Source: Vicugna vicugna
Taxonomy: Eukaryota
NCBI GenBank assembly: GCA_013265495.1
Contig: MU059972.1
Location: 327,915-391,914 of the forward strand
Direction: 5' to 3'
Length of the DNA stretch: 64,000 nt
Part shown: in pieces, positions 60,290-64,000 of the stretch
How positions within the stretch are numbered: position 1 is the first letter of the stretch
Layout: each line of letters starts with the position of its first letter
Notes under the pieces: generated by a model
Databases searched by the model: none
Seen by the model: the letters and a program-made list of their open reading frames with translations, nothing else
What the model was told of the DNA's origin: nothing
Program-made: the position numbers and the translations under genes

Positions 60290-61121
60290 TCAGAAGACAA
60301 ATTCTGAGTATAATCTGGGTGATAGAGACCTGAGTTGGTGGTTTGGATAAAGTAGATTTGTGCAGTTTTAGCTTTTTAGGTGGTAAGAGGAATGAATTGC
60401 GTGTTGTTGAAAACCTTTAAAGTCACCATTCTAGAACTTAAGAAATCCCACAGTTGTAACTCTGGTCTGTTAATAAAGAGTTGAGTGGGTTTTTAGTGTG
60501 AAAATAGAAGTCCGATTAATAGTGGCTGAAAGGACTGAAAATTCTTTTGCAGGGCTAAGGCTCTTGTGATGCCCACCCTAGCCAGGATTGAGGGGGCGGT
60601 GCTGTCTGAGCTACAGCATCCTTGCTGGCTGGCTGAGGGCAAGACCTATGTTCCCAGTCCTGCCCTTGGCATCTGTGCAGTGAATTACTTATTATCCTGA
60701 AAATTTGTGGGCACTCTTTTTCCACTTGTAATGAAACCCATGTGCATCTCTTTACAATATCAGAATGTTGGTCTTTTCTCAATTTAAAACATTTTTGATC
60801 ACTTATATAAAAAAATTCATAAACTCTCCCCTTCAGTTACTTATTTAACTCTAGAAAGTGTCACCTTTAAGAATGGCTGGGATTGAAATTTAACTTAAGA
60901 ATGCTTAACTTTTTGATATCAGAGAATATTTTTCATCTAAAACACGGCAAATAGACTTCTTTTCTCAGTTTGTCAGTAGTAAGTGTCCCTTCCTCTCCCC
61001 TCCAGTTGCAGTCTTCAGAGCCAGCGTGTGAATGTCCTGGAATAATGAACGTTACTAATTAATGAGAAGATTGTGGGAAGGTGCTGGGTTCATAAGGTTT
61101 TGGCTAAAGTTATGAATAGTT

Positions 61122-61261
61122 TTTTGTTTTGTATTTTTTTTTTTGTAGGGGGAGGTAATTAAGTTTATTTACCTGTTTATTTACGGGAGGTGCTGGAGAT
61201 TGAATCCAAGACTTCATGCATACCAGACATGCGCTTTACCACTGAGCTATACCCTCCTCCC
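61122..61261 (-). mobile_element. tRNA-Ala-derived SINE
   Basis: gggaggtgctggagattgaatccaagacttcatgcataccagacatgcgctttaccactgagctataccctcctccc. Confidence 0.85.
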
Positions 61262-62361
61262 AGGAATATATATTTTTTAAACTGCATTCATATCCAGCAA
61301 AATAAAAAAGACTCATTTAATTCTGCGTGATAATGTAGACTTGAAAGCATTATGGCCATACTGTGTAAACTTATCTAAAGTCTAGAGAACATGAAGAAGC
61401 AGTGAAGAACCTTATTTCCCTTAAGAAATTAAGCCTTGCTAGCATGTAGCATGTTTCTAAATGTGGTTTTACATCCTGTAAAACAGGAAGTTAAAATAAA
61501 AAACCAAAAAAACCCCCAAAGCAACGCTCTTGAAGGAATTAACTTTTTTTTTTTAATTACTACAATGCTTGACTAACTAAAGGATAACTTAAAAAAGATC
61601 TTGCCTTTTGGATGCTTACAGAGAAGAAAAGCCAGTCTTCAGGGGTCTGGCACTATAGCCCTCAGGTGATTCTGGTTTCAAGAAATTTTTAGGCTTTGTG
61701 AATTTTCTTTGCTAGAGGTATGTGATTTGCTCCTAATTTAGCTTTAGTTGACCTACATAGGTATTTCTGTTACTTTGAGAGTAGTTCACCTGAAATTTGA
61801 AATTTTTAAGTTTAGAGGTTAATATATTAAATATACTAAAACTCAGAATCTTTTATTGGAAAAAGTTTCCCTGATGTTTGAGAAAGGTGAGCTTTTAATT
61901 GTCTTATCTTTTAGTATGAAGCTTAGAAAAGTGATATGTGCTTTCACTCACAGCCTAAGTAGTTTTCAGCAAATGTAACCTTAACGAGATTTACATGCGA
62001 ACTTTTTCTTTGGTGAAGTGATTAGATCTGATTCTGCTAAACTTGGGTTCTTCTCAGATGACTGACTTTTTAAGGAAGACAGTGTTGAAGCTTTGAAGCA
62101 ATAGCTTTAACCTTAAAAAAAAGTATTTAAGCAAAGACTCATGGCACAATGAAATTTTAGAAAGCTGGTGAGAAAAATCTCTGTCCCAGAATTTAACGTG
62201 TAGCCTCTCCTTCATTTTCCTTGATAATTTTCTTCCAAGCCCCCAGTATGCTGGGTCAAGGGAGGTGGGGACTGGGTCGATAGAGGATATGAGGAGGCAA
62301 CACAGGAGATGGGGGGCTCTTAGAATTTGGAGAGACACTTGTGGGTTACATTTCAGTTCTG

Positions 62362-62932
62362 TGAATGTTTTCTATGCCTGCTGTGACAAATGACCACGAA
62401 TGTAGGGCTAGAACAGTATAGATTTATCATCTTACAGTTCTATAGATTGTAAGCCTGGCATGGGTCTCCCTGGACTAAAGTCAAGATCTCAGCGGGGCTG
62501 TTTCCTTCTCAAGGCTTGAGGAGACTCCGTTTCCGGGTCTCCTTCCTTCTTTGTGGCCTCTCCTCCGTCTTTTTTTTTTTTTTTTTTAAGGGTTTCAAAT
62601 CAAGGACAACTCAGGGCCTTTGTTCTTTCATCAGTAACTAGAGATTCCTGAAGTGTAAACTAAGCCCCTTCCTCCATCTTTGACGCCTGCAGCCTGCGTC
62701 TTGTCTCTCTGACTCTCTTGCAAAGTTGCCTCCTCTTCCGACTCTTCTGCCTCCCTCTTGTCCTTTTACAGACCCTTGCGGTTACGCTGGGTCCACCTGG
62801 GTAATCCAGGATAAGGCCCCTCTCTGCTGATTAGTAACCTTAATTCCCCTTTGCCGTGTAACCTGAGATACCCATGGATCCAGGGATTAGGATGAGGACT
62901 TGGGGTGGGGGGGCATTGATCTTCTGACCACT
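62362..62932. mobile_element. MaLR LTR (MLT1C/D type) containing a short poly(A) insertion
   Basis: ctgctgtgacaaatgaccac...tcttacagttcta...ggactaaagtcaag...ctgggtaatccaggata...gggattaggatgaggac. Confidence 0.72.
62570..62663 (-). mobile_element. Short retroposed insertion (about 76 nt plus A18) of unknown source
   Basis: T18 at 62570-62587; flanking direct repeats gcctc-tcctccgtctt (62556-62571) and gccccttcctccatctt (62664-62680). Confidence 0.65.
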
Positions 62933-63139
62933 CTAGGGCGCTATGGGTGCTGCCACAGCACGTGAGGTCAGGTCAGCCCTCAGTGCTGCAGGCTCTGGAG
63001 CTTGGCCTCGGTTCTCCGGAACTGTCTTGGCTCTTGGAGAGACTCCATGCCATCGGACTGCCAGCGAAGTTTGGCATTGATAGGGGTTAGTGGGTGTGGT
63101 GGAAATGTACTTCCTGAGCAGGGTTTTGTTTGGGTTTAA

Positions 63140-63720
63140 ATCAATTTTTATTTTGGAATAACTTCAGATACACAGAAAGTTTGCAAAAGTAGTACAAGTA
63201 CAGAGAGTTTCATTATATTCTTTTTTTGGGGGAGGAGGGAGGTAATTCGGTTTATTAATTATTATTATTGTTTTTATAGCAGTAACAGGGATTGAACCCA
63301 GGGCCTTGTGCATGCTAAGCACTGCACTCTGCCACTGAGTCATCCCCCCACCCTCGGAGAGTTTCATTGTATTCTTTATCCAGGTTCGCTAATAATAACA
63401 TTTTCCTTAGCGATGGTAAGTTGTCAAAGCTAAAAAATTAACACTATTAATTAAACCCCAGATCCATTTGATTTCGCTCATTCCCCACCAATGTCCTCTT
63501 CCTGCTCCAGAACCCTACAGGACACTGTTTCCCTGCTCTCCTTCTGTCTGTGACAGTTTCTCAGTCTTGCCTTGCTTTTCATGACCTTGGCAGTTTTGAA
63601 GAGTACTGTCTTTGTGTTTTTCTTTCTTTGTAACCATTCTCCCACTTGGCACAGTTGTAAAGCAACTGTGTATGTCAGTTGTAGAGCTGATTTCTGGTTT
63701 ACCTGGCCACTTTTCCAAAT
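63140..63720 (-). mobile_element. Old L1M (L1MC/L1ME-type) 3' fragment
   Basis: ttttattttggaataacttcagatacacagaaagtttgcaaaagtagtaca... resembles the L1M 3' end recalled from consensus. Confidence 0.6.
63221..63353 (-). mobile_element. tRNA-Ala-derived SINE inserted in an old L1
   Basis: gggattgaacccagggccttgtgcatgctaagcactgcactctgccactgag; 21-bp TSD gagagtttcatt(a/g)tattcttt at 63203-63223 and 63357-63377. Confidence 0.88.
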
Positions 63721-64000
63721 GTGGACTCCTGGAAATAACAGCTTCTCTTGACTCTCTGTCTTAGGTTCTCAGGCTGGCCGTTGCCCAGCCTCTCTCAGAT
63801 GATCGCTGCAAATCCTCTTCAGTGCTGTCTAGGGGAGGACGGTTTTGTGTCTCTCTGCAATTGCAACTGCCATGAGTTATATGCTTTGGGGAGGGACTTC
63901 TGCAGGTGCTCTGGTTTAGTAAGGTGTTGACCAGTGGCTCCTTGTGCACAGGGCTGTGTGTGGAAGCACAGAAGGGCAGACACAGGCTCTACAGCCTGGG

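Overview
Mammalian genomic DNA, GC-rich, with two N-gaps (30711-30973 and 56632-56814). The tRNA-Ala-derived SINEs resemble the camelid Vic-1 family, so the source is probably a camelid (inference). The window holds the conserved block CPNE7(-) / RPL13(-) with intronic SNORD68 / SPG7(-) / ANKRD11(+, non-coding exon 1 and start of intron 1). RPL13 (5 coding exons, 211 aa) and SPG7 (17 exons, 790 aa) reconstruct as intact ORFs with canonical GT-AG sites. CPNE7 looks like a decaying unitary pseudogene. It has a net +5 frameshift in exon 1 (7-bp duplication plus 2-bp deletion, giving a stop in exon 2), no recognisable exons 3-4, a truncated exon 6 with an AC acceptor, a 2-bp deletion in exon 8, a GC donor on exon 11 and many substitutions in C2-domain motifs. 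Other notable items are a 209-bp 99%-identical inverted duplication in SPG7 intron 3, a premature stop that leaves a fossil SPG7 C-terminal tail, a (GGGGCC)-type repeat in the SPG7 targeting peptide, a 28-bp promoter tandem repeat that multiplies NRF1-like sites, two ANKRD11 uORFs and a short poly(A)-tailed retro-insertion of unknown origin. Comparisons with human orthologues and repeat consensus sequences are from memory, not from database searches.
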